A DNA stretch of 64,000 nt from NCBI GenBank assembly GCA_002477825.1, contig DLKT01000008.1, positions 42,659-106,658 of the forward strand, written 5' to 3'. The notes under the pieces are model-generated. The model was not told where the DNA came from. It saw only the letters and a program-made list of their open reading frames with translations, and searched no databases. Source of the stretch: Bacillales bacterium UBA7581. Lineage in GTDB: Bacteria > Bacillota_I > Bacilli_A > RFN20 > CAG-826. This document shows, piece after piece, positions 1 to 7,874 of this stretch. How positions within the stretch are numbered: position 1 is the first letter of the stretch; each line of letters starts with the position of its first letter. The translations under genes and the position numbers were made by a program.

Positions 1-200
1 ATTATATAACTATTTGTTAAAAATAAAATAATTTAATCTATTGTTTTTTACATTAAATTTAATTCGTGTTTTTCAAAGAAAAAATTAGGAATTTTTCATT
101 TTATTTCGTATACGCAATAACTAAAAAATTCCTAAAATAAATTTAAAAAATATAGCATGGGCTCTTTTTTCAAGGTTAAATTGCTTTCCTTGATTTCTAC

Positions 201-334
201 CCATATAATTAAATTACCTCCTTTGGGTGAGATTTTTGTTCCGGGTGGGAACACATTAATCTTACTACATTGGAGTTTTGTCGTACTAAATGCCTGTCTC
301 GACTTTCAAACTGCATTTAGTTTGTCAATTGGGA
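201..334. repeat. Conserved ~134-bp non-coding element, copy 1 (reverse complement of copy 2 at 13040-13173)
   Basis: Manual alignment of the reverse complement of 201-334 to 13040-13173 gives 3 substitutions plus one 1-nt indel. Hairpin arms CTAAATGC/GCATTTAG (286-293/313-320) and GTTCC/GGAAC (238-242/248-252) are intact. Confidence 0.9.
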
Positions 335-411
335 GACTAACCTCATGACTTTACAATACGGAATTGAAATCGTTAAAATCTAAATTTTTATTCATATGAA
401 ATTATAAACTA

Positions 412-420
412 TGCTATAAT
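412..420 (+). promoter_or_regulatory. Extended -10 promoter (TGcTATAAT) for the SRP RNA
   Basis: TGCTATAAT lies at 412-420, 7 nt upstream of the predicted RNA 5' end at G427. Confidence 0.6.
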
Positions 421-426
421 AATAAT

Positions 427-511
427 GCCACCGCGATAGGGCTGGTGTGAACCTGGTCAGGACGGGAACGTAGCAGCCATAAGCATTCAACCTATGTGCG
501 ATGGTTTTTTT
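427..511 (+). ncRNA. ffs: Small (4.5S-type) signal recognition particle RNA
   Basis: Contains the domain IV signature ACCTGGTCAGGaCgGGAAcGtAGCAGCCAtAAG. The 5' GCCACCGCGATAGG pairs with the 3' CCTATGTGCGATGGT. It ends in a T7 run. Confidence 0.85.
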
Positions 512-538
512 ATGAAATAAAAAAGGAGGAATTCATGA

Positions 539-1012
539 GTGGAAAAAGAAAAATGGATGAAAGAAGCTCTAAAAGAAGCTAAAAAGGCTTTTGACATTGA
601 TGAAGTTCCTGTGGGATGTGTCATTGTGCAAGACGGGAAAATCATAGCTAGAGGACATAATTTAAGAGAAAAAACCAATGATCCTACCGCACATGCCGAA
701 ATCATAGCCATTCGAAAAGCAACGAAGAAATTAGCGTCCTGGCGTTTAGAAAACTGTGATGTTTATGTCACAGTAGAACCTTGCTCGATGTGTGCGGGAG
801 CGCTTCTTTGGTGTAGAGTGCGTTCTATTACTTATGGAGCAAAAGAACCTAAAGGTGGTGCGCTAGGGTCTTCTTATAATTTATTTTCTCAACCGAATTT
901 AAATCATCATCCTTTGATTGAAGGGGGAATATTAGAAGAAGAATCAGCCTCTTTAATGAAAGAATTTTTTAAAAGAAAAAGGAATCGTGTTGAAACACAT
1001 AGAAAAGGTTAA
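539..1012 (+). CDS. tadA: tRNA-specific adenosine deaminase
   Basis: Zinc motifs HAE (TAHAEIIAI) and PCxxC (EPCSMCAGAL). GTG start 8 nt after AAGGAGGA. Confidence 0.9.
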   Translation: MEKEKWMKEALKEAKKAFDIDEVPVGCVIVQDGKIIARGHNLREKTNDPTAHAEIIAIRKATKKLASWRLENCDVYVTVEPCSMCAGALLWCRVRSITYGAKEPKGGALGSSYNLFSQPNLNHHPLIEGGILEEESASLMKEFFKRKRNRVETHRKG

Positions 1013-1036
1013 ACTAACATAGGGTGATACCTAGTT

Positions 1037-1393
1037 ATGAAAAAAGTATTCTATTCTACATGTGTTTCTTTTTTATTTATCGTCTTTCTGTTTGGGTTAT
1101 CAGCAGCGTTAACATTTTTAATCGCACAGCCGATTTATGATCAAAAACCAATAGAAACAGAAATTCAAGTGGAAGAATATCTAATCACGAGAAGAGAAGA
1201 AAATAGAAATCTAACCTTTTATTTAGAAGAGCAAAAAGAAATATCTATGGCAAAGGTGATTGTACTTTCATACTCTATTTATGACATGGAAAAAAATCCA
1301 TTCGTTTTTATAGTTGAAACACCACAAAATTATATTCACGCAACAGTAAATCAAGGAGGCTTTGCTTCAGGAATTGTTGTAGAAAAAAGTTGA
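1037..1393 (+). CDS. Hypothetical membrane-anchored protein
   Basis: 118-aa ORF with one N-terminal TM segment. I recognise no motif. Confidence 0.5.
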   Translation: MKKVFYSTCVSFLFIVFLFGLSAALTFLIAQPIYDQKPIETEIQVEEYLITRREENRNLTFYLEEQKEISMAKVIVLSYSIYDMEKNPFVFIVETPQNYIHATVNQGGFASGIVVEKS

Positions 1394-1473
1394 AAAAAAT
1401 ATTACGCTATGTTTCTCTTTTTGCTTAATTTTATGTATAATAAAATTACAATTTAATTTTGAGGAGAACCATC

Positions 1474-3993
1474 ATGCAGAAGAATAGGATCAAAAAAAGT
1501 AAAGAAAAAAAACAAAATACAACTCGATTTTCCGATGTTCGCTTTCATCCGGAAATACAAGTCGGTCTTCTTTCTTCTCAAGTGGCTTCTAGAGAGCAAG
1601 ATGGTTTAACGAACAAAACAAAAAAACACTACTCGAAAAGTTATGGCGAGATTTTAAAAGACAATCTCGTTAGTCTTTTTAACATACTTTTGTTTGTAAT
1701 CGCATTAGCATTAATTATTGTTCGCGCTTTTGATCAATTGATGTTCTTAGTGGTTTTGTTTTTTAATATCGCGATTGGCATTTATCAAGAAGTTAGAGCA
1801 AAGCATACAATTGACCGCTTGCGTTTAGTCACAGCGCCAAACGCAGAAGTGATTCGTGATGCTCAACAAATTACAATATCTTCTGATAAAATCGTGTTGG
1901 ATGATATTTTGATTTTATCTTCTGGAAAACAAATTAGCGCAGACGCCATTGTTCGTAGTGGTGTTGTCGAAGTCAATGAATCTTTATTAACGGGTGAAGC
2001 TATCGCGGTAAAAAAGAAGGCGGGCGATATGGTTTATGCAGGTTCTTACGTTACTTCTGGCTCCGCTATTGTACAGGTTGAAAAAGTAGGCGATGATAAT
2101 TATGCGCAACAACTCCAAAAGAAAGCTAAAGTATTAGATAAACCAAAATCAGAATTATTGCGTTCTTTAAATTTTATTTTTCACATTATCAGTTTTATTA
2201 TTATTCCTCTAGGTATTATCATGGCTATTGGAAATTTTATTCAATTAAAAGGTAACGAAGAGTTAACTACTTTTGTTAAAGCAGAAAAAATTGTTTCAAG
2301 TACTGCAGGCTCTTTAGTTGGCATGATTCCTTCCGGAATGTTCCTTTTAACCTCAATGACTTTATATACTGGGGTTTATCGCTTAGGAAAAAAGAAGACT
2401 TCTGTACAGGAATTATATAGTATTGAAATGTTGGCTAGAGTAGATACTTTATGTTTAGATAAAACGGGGACCATTACCGATGGTACCATGAAAGTAGAAG
2501 ACACCATTGTATTTGATGAATATAAAGGAATTGATTTAGATACCATCATGGGTTCTTATTTACGAGCGGTCAATGATAACAATCAAACCGCCATGGCAAT
2601 GAAGGAAAAATATCCATGGAATAATATTTTAACCCCAATTACCGTTTTACCTTTCTCTAGCGAAAGAAAATATTCAGCAGTAACTTTCCAAAATAAAGGA
2701 ACGTTCGTTTTTGGAGCACCTGAATTTGTTTATAAAGGAAAAGATAGAGAAATTCAAAAAGCCATTCGTTTTTACATTTCAAAAGGAACTCGTGTTTTGA
2801 TGCTCGCTCATTCAAAAGACAAAATTAAAGGCGACAAAGTGCCGGAAGAAGTGAGCCCAATTTGTTTGTTTATTTTATATGATCACATTCGTGATGACGC
2901 TTATGAAACCATTAGTTGGTTTAGAAAAAATGATGTAGCAGTAAAAATCATTTCCGGCGATAACCCGATTGCTGTTGCGGAAATCGCTAAAGCAGTAGGC
3001 ATTGATACTGCCCACCAATATATTTCATTAGAAGGTATGACTTTAGAAGAAGTTGCTAATGTAGCTAATGATTACACGGTTTTTGGCCGCGTTACGCCAG
3101 AACAAAAAGCTGCGCTTATCACTTCTTTAAGGAAACATAAAAGAACGGTGGCCATGATTGGTGATGGTGTTAACGACATCCTCTCTTTAAAACAAGCCGA
3201 TTGTTCCATTGCTATGGCCTCCGGTTCAGAAGCCGCTTGTAACGTTGCTCACTTAGTATTACTTGATTCGAATTTTAATGTTCTACCTGATGTAGTTTCA
3301 GAAGGTAGAAGAGCAATTTCTAACTTACAAAATGTTTCTTCTTTATTCTTAACCAAAACCATATTTAGTATTTTCTTCTCGATTATCTGGGCCGTTGTCA
3401 TGTTTGCAGACTGGAGAAGTAATACCTCAAATAATTATCCTTTCCAAACCACAAACTTCTATATTTGGGAAATGTTAGCTATCGGTTTATCTTCGTTCTT
3501 CTTAGCCTTGCAACCGAATAAAAAGCGAATTAAAGGAGACTTCGTTAGTAACGTGGTTAGAAAAGCTTTACCAGGAGGATTAGCTATCACTTTAGGTGTT
3601 TCAGCTTTCTTCGTCTTTGAAAACTGGAACAATGGGGCTGGCCTATTCCAATTCCAAGTCGTAGGCGAAGGAGTAACCCATTCTTCGGCAGTTATTACAT
3701 GTAGTAGCTTAATTATGTACATCATAGCGTTTATTGTCTTATTAAGAATTTGTATTCCATTTAATCGGTATCGTGCGATTGTATGTGCGTCTTCTATTGC
3801 TTTGGCTATTCTTGCTTTAATTCTTTCTGAAACGGTCCTTCCTTTTACCGATGGAACGAGTTTCTTTGGATTATCGATTCATACGCTTTCTGGAGCGTCG
3901 GTTAAAGGATTCTTTATTGTACTAACTTTCGCAATTGGTATTTATTTTTTATTTGATTTTGTAATGAAAAATTTAGAGATACATCGTAAATAG
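1474..3993 (+). CDS. Cation-transporting P-type ATPase (HAD-IC type), substrate unknown
   Basis: Motifs DKTGTIT, LTGEA and GDGVND with multiple TM segments. ATG at 1474 follows GAGGAG. The ORF track starts at 1459. Confidence 0.85.
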   Translation: MQKNRIKKSKEKKQNTTRFSDVRFHPEIQVGLLSSQVASREQDGLTNKTKKHYSKSYGEILKDNLVSLFNILLFVIALALIIVRAFDQLMFLVVLFFNIAIGIYQEVRAKHTIDRLRLVTAPNAEVIRDAQQITISSDKIVLDDILILSSGKQISADAIVRSGVVEVNESLLTGEAIAVKKKAGDMVYAGSYVTSGSAIVQVEKVGDDNYAQQLQKKAKVLDKPKSELLRSLNFIFHIISFIIIPLGIIMAIGNFIQLKGNEELTTFVKAEKIVSSTAGSLVGMIPSGMFLLTSMTLYTGVYRLGKKKTSVQELYSIEMLARVDTLCLDKTGTITDGTMKVEDTIVFDEYKGIDLDTIMGSYLRAVNDNNQTAMAMKEKYPWNNILTPITVLPFSSERKYSAVTFQNKGTFVFGAPEFVYKGKDREIQKAIRFYISKGTRVLMLAHSKDKIKGDKVPEEVSPICLFILYDHIRDDAYETISWFRKNDVAVKIISGDNPIAVAEIAKAVGIDTAHQYISLEGMTLEEVANVANDYTVFGRVTPEQKAALITSLRKHKRTVAMIGDGVNDILSLKQADCSIAMASGSEAACNVAHLVLLDSNFNVLPDVVSEGRRAISNLQNVSSLFLTKTIFSIFFSIIWAVVMFADWRSNTSNNYPFQTTNFYIWEMLAIGLSSFFLALQPNKKRIKGDFVSNVVRKALPGGLAITLGVSAFFVFENWNNGAGLFQFQVVGEGVTHSSAVITCSSLIMYIIAFIVLLRICIPFNRYRAIVCASSIALAILALILSETVLPFTDGTSFFGLSIHTLSGASVKGFFIVLTFAIGIYFLFDFVMKNLEIHRK

Positions 3994-4004
3994 GAGGAAA
4001 ATTT

Positions 4005-4904
4005 ATGAAAATTTCACAAGAAGTAAAACATGCATTATTGCATCATCAACCCGTTGTTGCTTTAGAATCAACCATTATTTCTCACGGTATGCCTTATCCT
4101 AAAAATGTGGAAACAGCTTTACGGGTCGAACAAGTGATTCGTAATGCGGGTTGCATTCCTGCCACGATTGGTATTATTGAAGGCGAACCGATTATCGGTA
4201 TGTCTGCTGAAGAAATCGAATTGTTTGGTAAAAGAGAAGGTATTGTAAAAGTTTCTAGAAGAGACTTACCTATTGTTTATGCAAAAAAATTATGGGGCGC
4301 CACGACGGTAGCGGCTACGATGATTTTAGCAAGACAAGCCGATATCGAAGTGTTTGTTACGGGTGGTATTGGCGGCGTTCATCGTCATGGAAATGAAACC
4401 TTTGATATTTCTGCAGATCTTCAAGAATTAAGTCGTACTGATGTTACTGTTGTTTGTGCTGGAGCCAAAGCAATTTTAGACTTGCCATTAACCATGGAAT
4501 ATTTAGAAACTATGGGCGTGCCAGTTTTAGGCTATCAAACGAAAGAACTACCCGCTTTCTATACCAGAAAGAGTGGCATTGCTTTAGAATACTCTTTTGA
4601 TACACCGCAAGAATTAGCAATGATTATTAAAGAAAAAAGAAAAGCCCATCTTCATGGAGGTCTTTTAATTACGAACCCCATTCCCGAAGAATATGCATTA
4701 GATGAAAATCTAATGAATCAATCGGTCAATCAAGCGTTAAAAGAAGCGGATGAAAAAGGAATTCACGGGAAAGACGTTACCCCATTCCTTTTAAGAAGAG
4801 TGGTAGAACTTACAGGAGGAGAATCTTTAGAATCTAATATTCAGTTAGTGTTAAATAATGCTCGATTAGGCGCTGAGATTGCCAAAGAATTATGCAAGCG
4901 ATAA
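4005..4904 (+). CDS. psuG: Pseudouridine-5'-phosphate glycosidase
   Basis: Full-length resemblance to the PsuG/IndA family (ALESTIISHGMPYP, GGIGGVHR). Confidence 0.85.
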   Translation: MKISQEVKHALLHHQPVVALESTIISHGMPYPKNVETALRVEQVIRNAGCIPATIGIIEGEPIIGMSAEEIELFGKREGIVKVSRRDLPIVYAKKLWGATTVAATMILARQADIEVFVTGGIGGVHRHGNETFDISADLQELSRTDVTVVCAGAKAILDLPLTMEYLETMGVPVLGYQTKELPAFYTRKSGIALEYSFDTPQELAMIIKEKRKAHLHGGLLITNPIPEEYALDENLMNQSVNQALKEADEKGIHGKDVTPFLLRRVVELTGGESLESNIQLVLNNARLGAEIAKELCKR

Positions 4905-4915
4905 AAGAAGAACCG

Positions 4916-5467
4916 ATGAAAACAGAAGAAAAATTAGGGCGGGCATTAAAAGATTTAATGTCGAAAGAACCATTAGACCAAATTTCGGTAAAAAGATTGA
5001 CCGCTATCTGTGGAATTAATCGACAAACTTTTTATTATCACTTTCGTGACATTTATGATTTATTAACATGGATATTTCTAAATGAAACGATTCAAGAGAT
5101 AAAAAATGCAGAAACTTATTTAGAAGCAATTTATGGCTTTTTTGACTATATTGAAAAGAACAAGATTTTCGTTATGAATGTCGCTTCTAGTGCTGGTAAA
5201 GATCTATTTGTAGAATTTCTAACCAATCATGTAAAAATAATTATTATGCGTTCTTTACAAGTCAAAGATGAAGAAAATGCACTTACTTTAGATGAAAAGA
5301 AATTTATTGCTAAATATTTTGGCTCTGCAAGCGTTGCTATTCTCATCGATTGGATTACATCAAATATGAAAGAGCCAAAAAGCGAAGTGATTCGTAAGTT
5401 GGTAGTTGTTTCGAAGCACCAAGCTGAAGATTGTATAGAAAAGTTTAAACTCTCAAGGAAGGGATAA
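4916..5467 (+). CDS. TetR-family (DhaS-like) transcriptional regulator
   Basis: HTH SVKRLTAICGINRQTFYYHF. The start is ambiguous (4892 or 4916). It overlaps or abuts the psuG stop. Confidence 0.7.
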   Translation: MKTEEKLGRALKDLMSKEPLDQISVKRLTAICGINRQTFYYHFRDIYDLLTWIFLNETIQEIKNAETYLEAIYGFFDYIEKNKIFVMNVASSAGKDLFVEFLTNHVKIIIMRSLQVKDEENALTLDEKKFIAKYFGSASVAILIDWITSNMKEPKSEVIRKLVVVSKHQAEDCIEKFKLSRKG

Positions 5468-5468
5468 G

Positions 5469-6653
5469 ATGATTGCATTTAATTTCGAACCCAAAACCAA
5501 AATGATTTTTGGGATAAATAAAGAAGAAACAGTAGGCTCATTAATCAAAACCTATGGTAAAAGAAAAGTAATGGTTGTTTATGGAAAAAATTCCATTGTA
5601 CAATCCGGCCTTTTAGCACGCGTTATAAAATCTTTAAAAGAAGCGCATATTGAATATGTTTTATTTGGTGGGGCAGAGCCTAATCCAAAATTATCTCACG
5701 TTGAAGAAGGCGCTCGAAAGGTAAAAGAAGAAAATGTTGATTTTCTTTTAGCAGTAGGTGGAGGCTCCGCTATTGATACTGCTAAATTAATTGCCGTAAG
5801 TTATGATTATAATGGGAATCCTTTTGATTTTAATGATAAAAAAGTCGTTGCTGATCACGCTCTTCCGCTAGGTGTAATTTTAACCATCGCGGCAGCGGGA
5901 AGTGAAGGCTCTACTTCTTGCGTAATTACGAATGATAAAACGCATAGTAAGAAAGGATTTAATAGTGAATATAATCGCCCTGTTTTTGCTATTTATAATC
6001 CTGAACTCACCTATACAGTATCACCTTATCAAACCGCTTGTGGCATTGTTGACATAATGATGCATACATTAGAACGATATTTTAATCCTTCTAGAGAAAT
6101 TGAATTCTCTGATGAATTAGCGCTAGGCCTTTTAAAAACGGTTTATAAAGCAGGAAAAGTGGTAATGGAAAAACCGAATGACTATGAAGCAAGAAGTACA
6201 TTAATGATTGCTAGTACTTTTTCCCATAATGGTTTAACGAGCATAGGGAAAAATGCTTCTATGCCAGTTCACCAATTAGAACATGCATTAAGTGGAAAAT
6301 ATGATTTTGTTGCCCATGGCGCAGGTTTATCTGTTTTATTTCCTTACTGGGCTATGCTATACTATAAATACGACTTACCTAAGTTTGCTCGCTTAGCTAA
6401 GGAAGTTTTCGAAATTCAGGGAGAGGACGAAAGCAAAGTTGCATATCTTGGAATCGTTGCGATCCAATCGTTCTTTCACCAAATAGGAATGCCGATAACA
6501 TTCCAAGAATTAGGCGTTACTGCTTGTGATTATGATGCATTACTTGCATTAATGTTTGATGGGCGTGACACCATTGATAGTGTTGGGCAAAAACTTGATC
6601 GCAAAAAAGCTAAAGAAATCTTTATGCTTTGTGCAAAGGAGGAAGTTGTATGA
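5469..6653 (+). CDS. Iron-containing alcohol dehydrogenase (butanol dehydrogenase/YqhD-like)
   Basis: GGGSAIDTAK motif and full-length Fe-ADH-like sequence. Confidence 0.85.
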   Translation: MIAFNFEPKTKMIFGINKEETVGSLIKTYGKRKVMVVYGKNSIVQSGLLARVIKSLKEAHIEYVLFGGAEPNPKLSHVEEGARKVKEENVDFLLAVGGGSAIDTAKLIAVSYDYNGNPFDFNDKKVVADHALPLGVILTIAAAGSEGSTSCVITNDKTHSKKGFNSEYNRPVFAIYNPELTYTVSPYQTACGIVDIMMHTLERYFNPSREIEFSDELALGLLKTVYKAGKVVMEKPNDYEARSTLMIASTFSHNGLTSIGKNASMPVHQLEHALSGKYDFVAHGAGLSVLFPYWAMLYYKYDLPKFARLAKEVFEIQGEDESKVAYLGIVAIQSFFHQIGMPITFQELGVTACDYDALLALMFDGRDTIDSVGQKLDRKKAKEIFMLCAKEEVV

Positions 6654-7753
6654 AAAAGGCAACAAATTATAGTTTATTAGTATATGCTTTATTTTTAGTT
6701 TGCATTTACTTAATCGGAAGTTTTGTTTTATCTAAAGGAGCAGGCGCTATTGGAGGAAACGCTTTTGTTTTCTACTTAATCGCCATTATTATTGGTTTTA
6801 TTATCACCGTTATTTTTATGGAATTAGGGCATATCGTAGGTGCTAAAATAGGCGGATATCGCATTATTTCTGTATCGTTTTTATGGCTTACTTTCGTAAG
6901 ACAAAATAAGAAATGGAAAATTACAACGACAACATTTGATGGTTTTACTGGAGAGACTAAAGTCGCACCCAAAAAAGAAAATGCAAATCCTATGCCAATG
7001 TTCTGGTTTGGAACGATATTCATGTTGATTTTAATGCTACTAGGCATTTATTTACCTAGTATAATTCCTGCTAAAGATTCATTAAAAACACATTTTGTTT
7101 ATGGTGGGTATATTATCTCCACAATTGCAGGATTGATGGTGTTTTACAATATTTTACCATTAAGATTAGATACCAAAAATGACGCAATTATGATGCGGTT
7201 TGTACGTAAAGAAAGAATTCAAAAATACAATGATATTTGCCGAATACAAGGTGAATTATATGATGGGGAAGGCTTAGAAGAATTAGAAGATTTACCAGAA
7301 AATGATTATTTATTGGCGCATTGGAATTATTATGCTTATCTTGAAAAAGTCTATAATGGTGAATATCAAAAGGCGGAAGAAATTTTAGATAGAATGATTC
7401 AAGATTCGGAAAAATTACCAGACGCAATTTATGATGAGTTATTAGCAGCTAAATTAGTGTTGTTACTTCTTACGAAAAGTAAAGAAGAAGCCCAAGAATA
7501 TTTCTTATCTGTTTCCCCACAAGTTCGTAAAACCATTAATCTTTGTTCTACTGTAGAAGGAAGCCGCAATTATTTCTTCATTTCTGCGATTATGAACGAC
7601 AATTTTGAAGAAGCAAAATCAGCTTATAAAAAATACTTGACCAAGGAAAAACAAAATTTAGAAGTTGGAAGAAACTTTGATGAAGATTCAATGATGGCCA
7701 TGATGATGAATCAAATTCATGAAATTCATCCAGAATGGAACTTTAAAAAATAA
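6650..7753 (+). CDS. Site-2-protease (M50)-like membrane protein with a degenerate metal site and a C-terminal helical-repeat domain
   Basis: MELGH stands where M50 has HExxH, and NILPLRLDT stands where M50 has NxxPxxxLDG. ATGA start/stop overlap with the ADH gene, SD AAGGAGGAAG. Confidence 0.6.
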   Translation: MKKATNYSLLVYALFLVCIYLIGSFVLSKGAGAIGGNAFVFYLIAIIIGFIITVIFMELGHIVGAKIGGYRIISVSFLWLTFVRQNKKWKITTTTFDGFTGETKVAPKKENANPMPMFWFGTIFMLILMLLGIYLPSIIPAKDSLKTHFVYGGYIISTIAGLMVFYNILPLRLDTKNDAIMMRFVRKERIQKYNDICRIQGELYDGEGLEELEDLPENDYLLAHWNYYAYLEKVYNGEYQKAEEILDRMIQDSEKLPDAIYDELLAAKLVLLLLTKSKEEAQEYFLSVSPQVRKTINLCSTVEGSRNYFFISAIMNDNFEEAKSAYKKYLTKEKQNLEVGRNFDEDSMMAMMMNQIHEIHPEWNFKK

Positions 7754-7775
7754 AATTATTAACCTCGTTAGAATA

Positions 7776-7809
7776 GGACCCTTTTTTAGAAAAGAAGAGG
7801 GTCTTTTTT
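7776..7809 (+). terminator. Rho-independent terminator
   Basis: GACCC...GGGTC stem followed by TTTTTT. Confidence 0.7.
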
Positions 7810-7874
7810 GTTACGCTCTTTAGTCATGCAGCAGTCAACAAAAACATAGAGTATAAAGAGACGAGGATAACCTT

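Noticed and set aside
85-135. 12-bp inverted repeat TTAGGAATTTTT…AAAAATTCCTAA with a 27-nt spacer
   Set aside because: It is almost pure A/T in a very AT-rich intergenic region and could arise by chance. The flanking gene is outside the window, so no function can be argued.
157-348. 63-aa ORF from the six-frame track covering repeat copy 1
   Set aside because: The second copy of the same sequence (13040-13173) has a 1-nt indel and gives no equivalent ORF. There is no SD. It is most likely non-coding.
201-511. The idea that the 134-nt element is the Alu domain of a long Bacillus-type SRP RNA
   Set aside because: An AT-rich spacer with a good promoter separates it from the SRP hairpin. There is no 3' strand after position 505 to form helix 5. 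The second copy has no SRP domain nearby.
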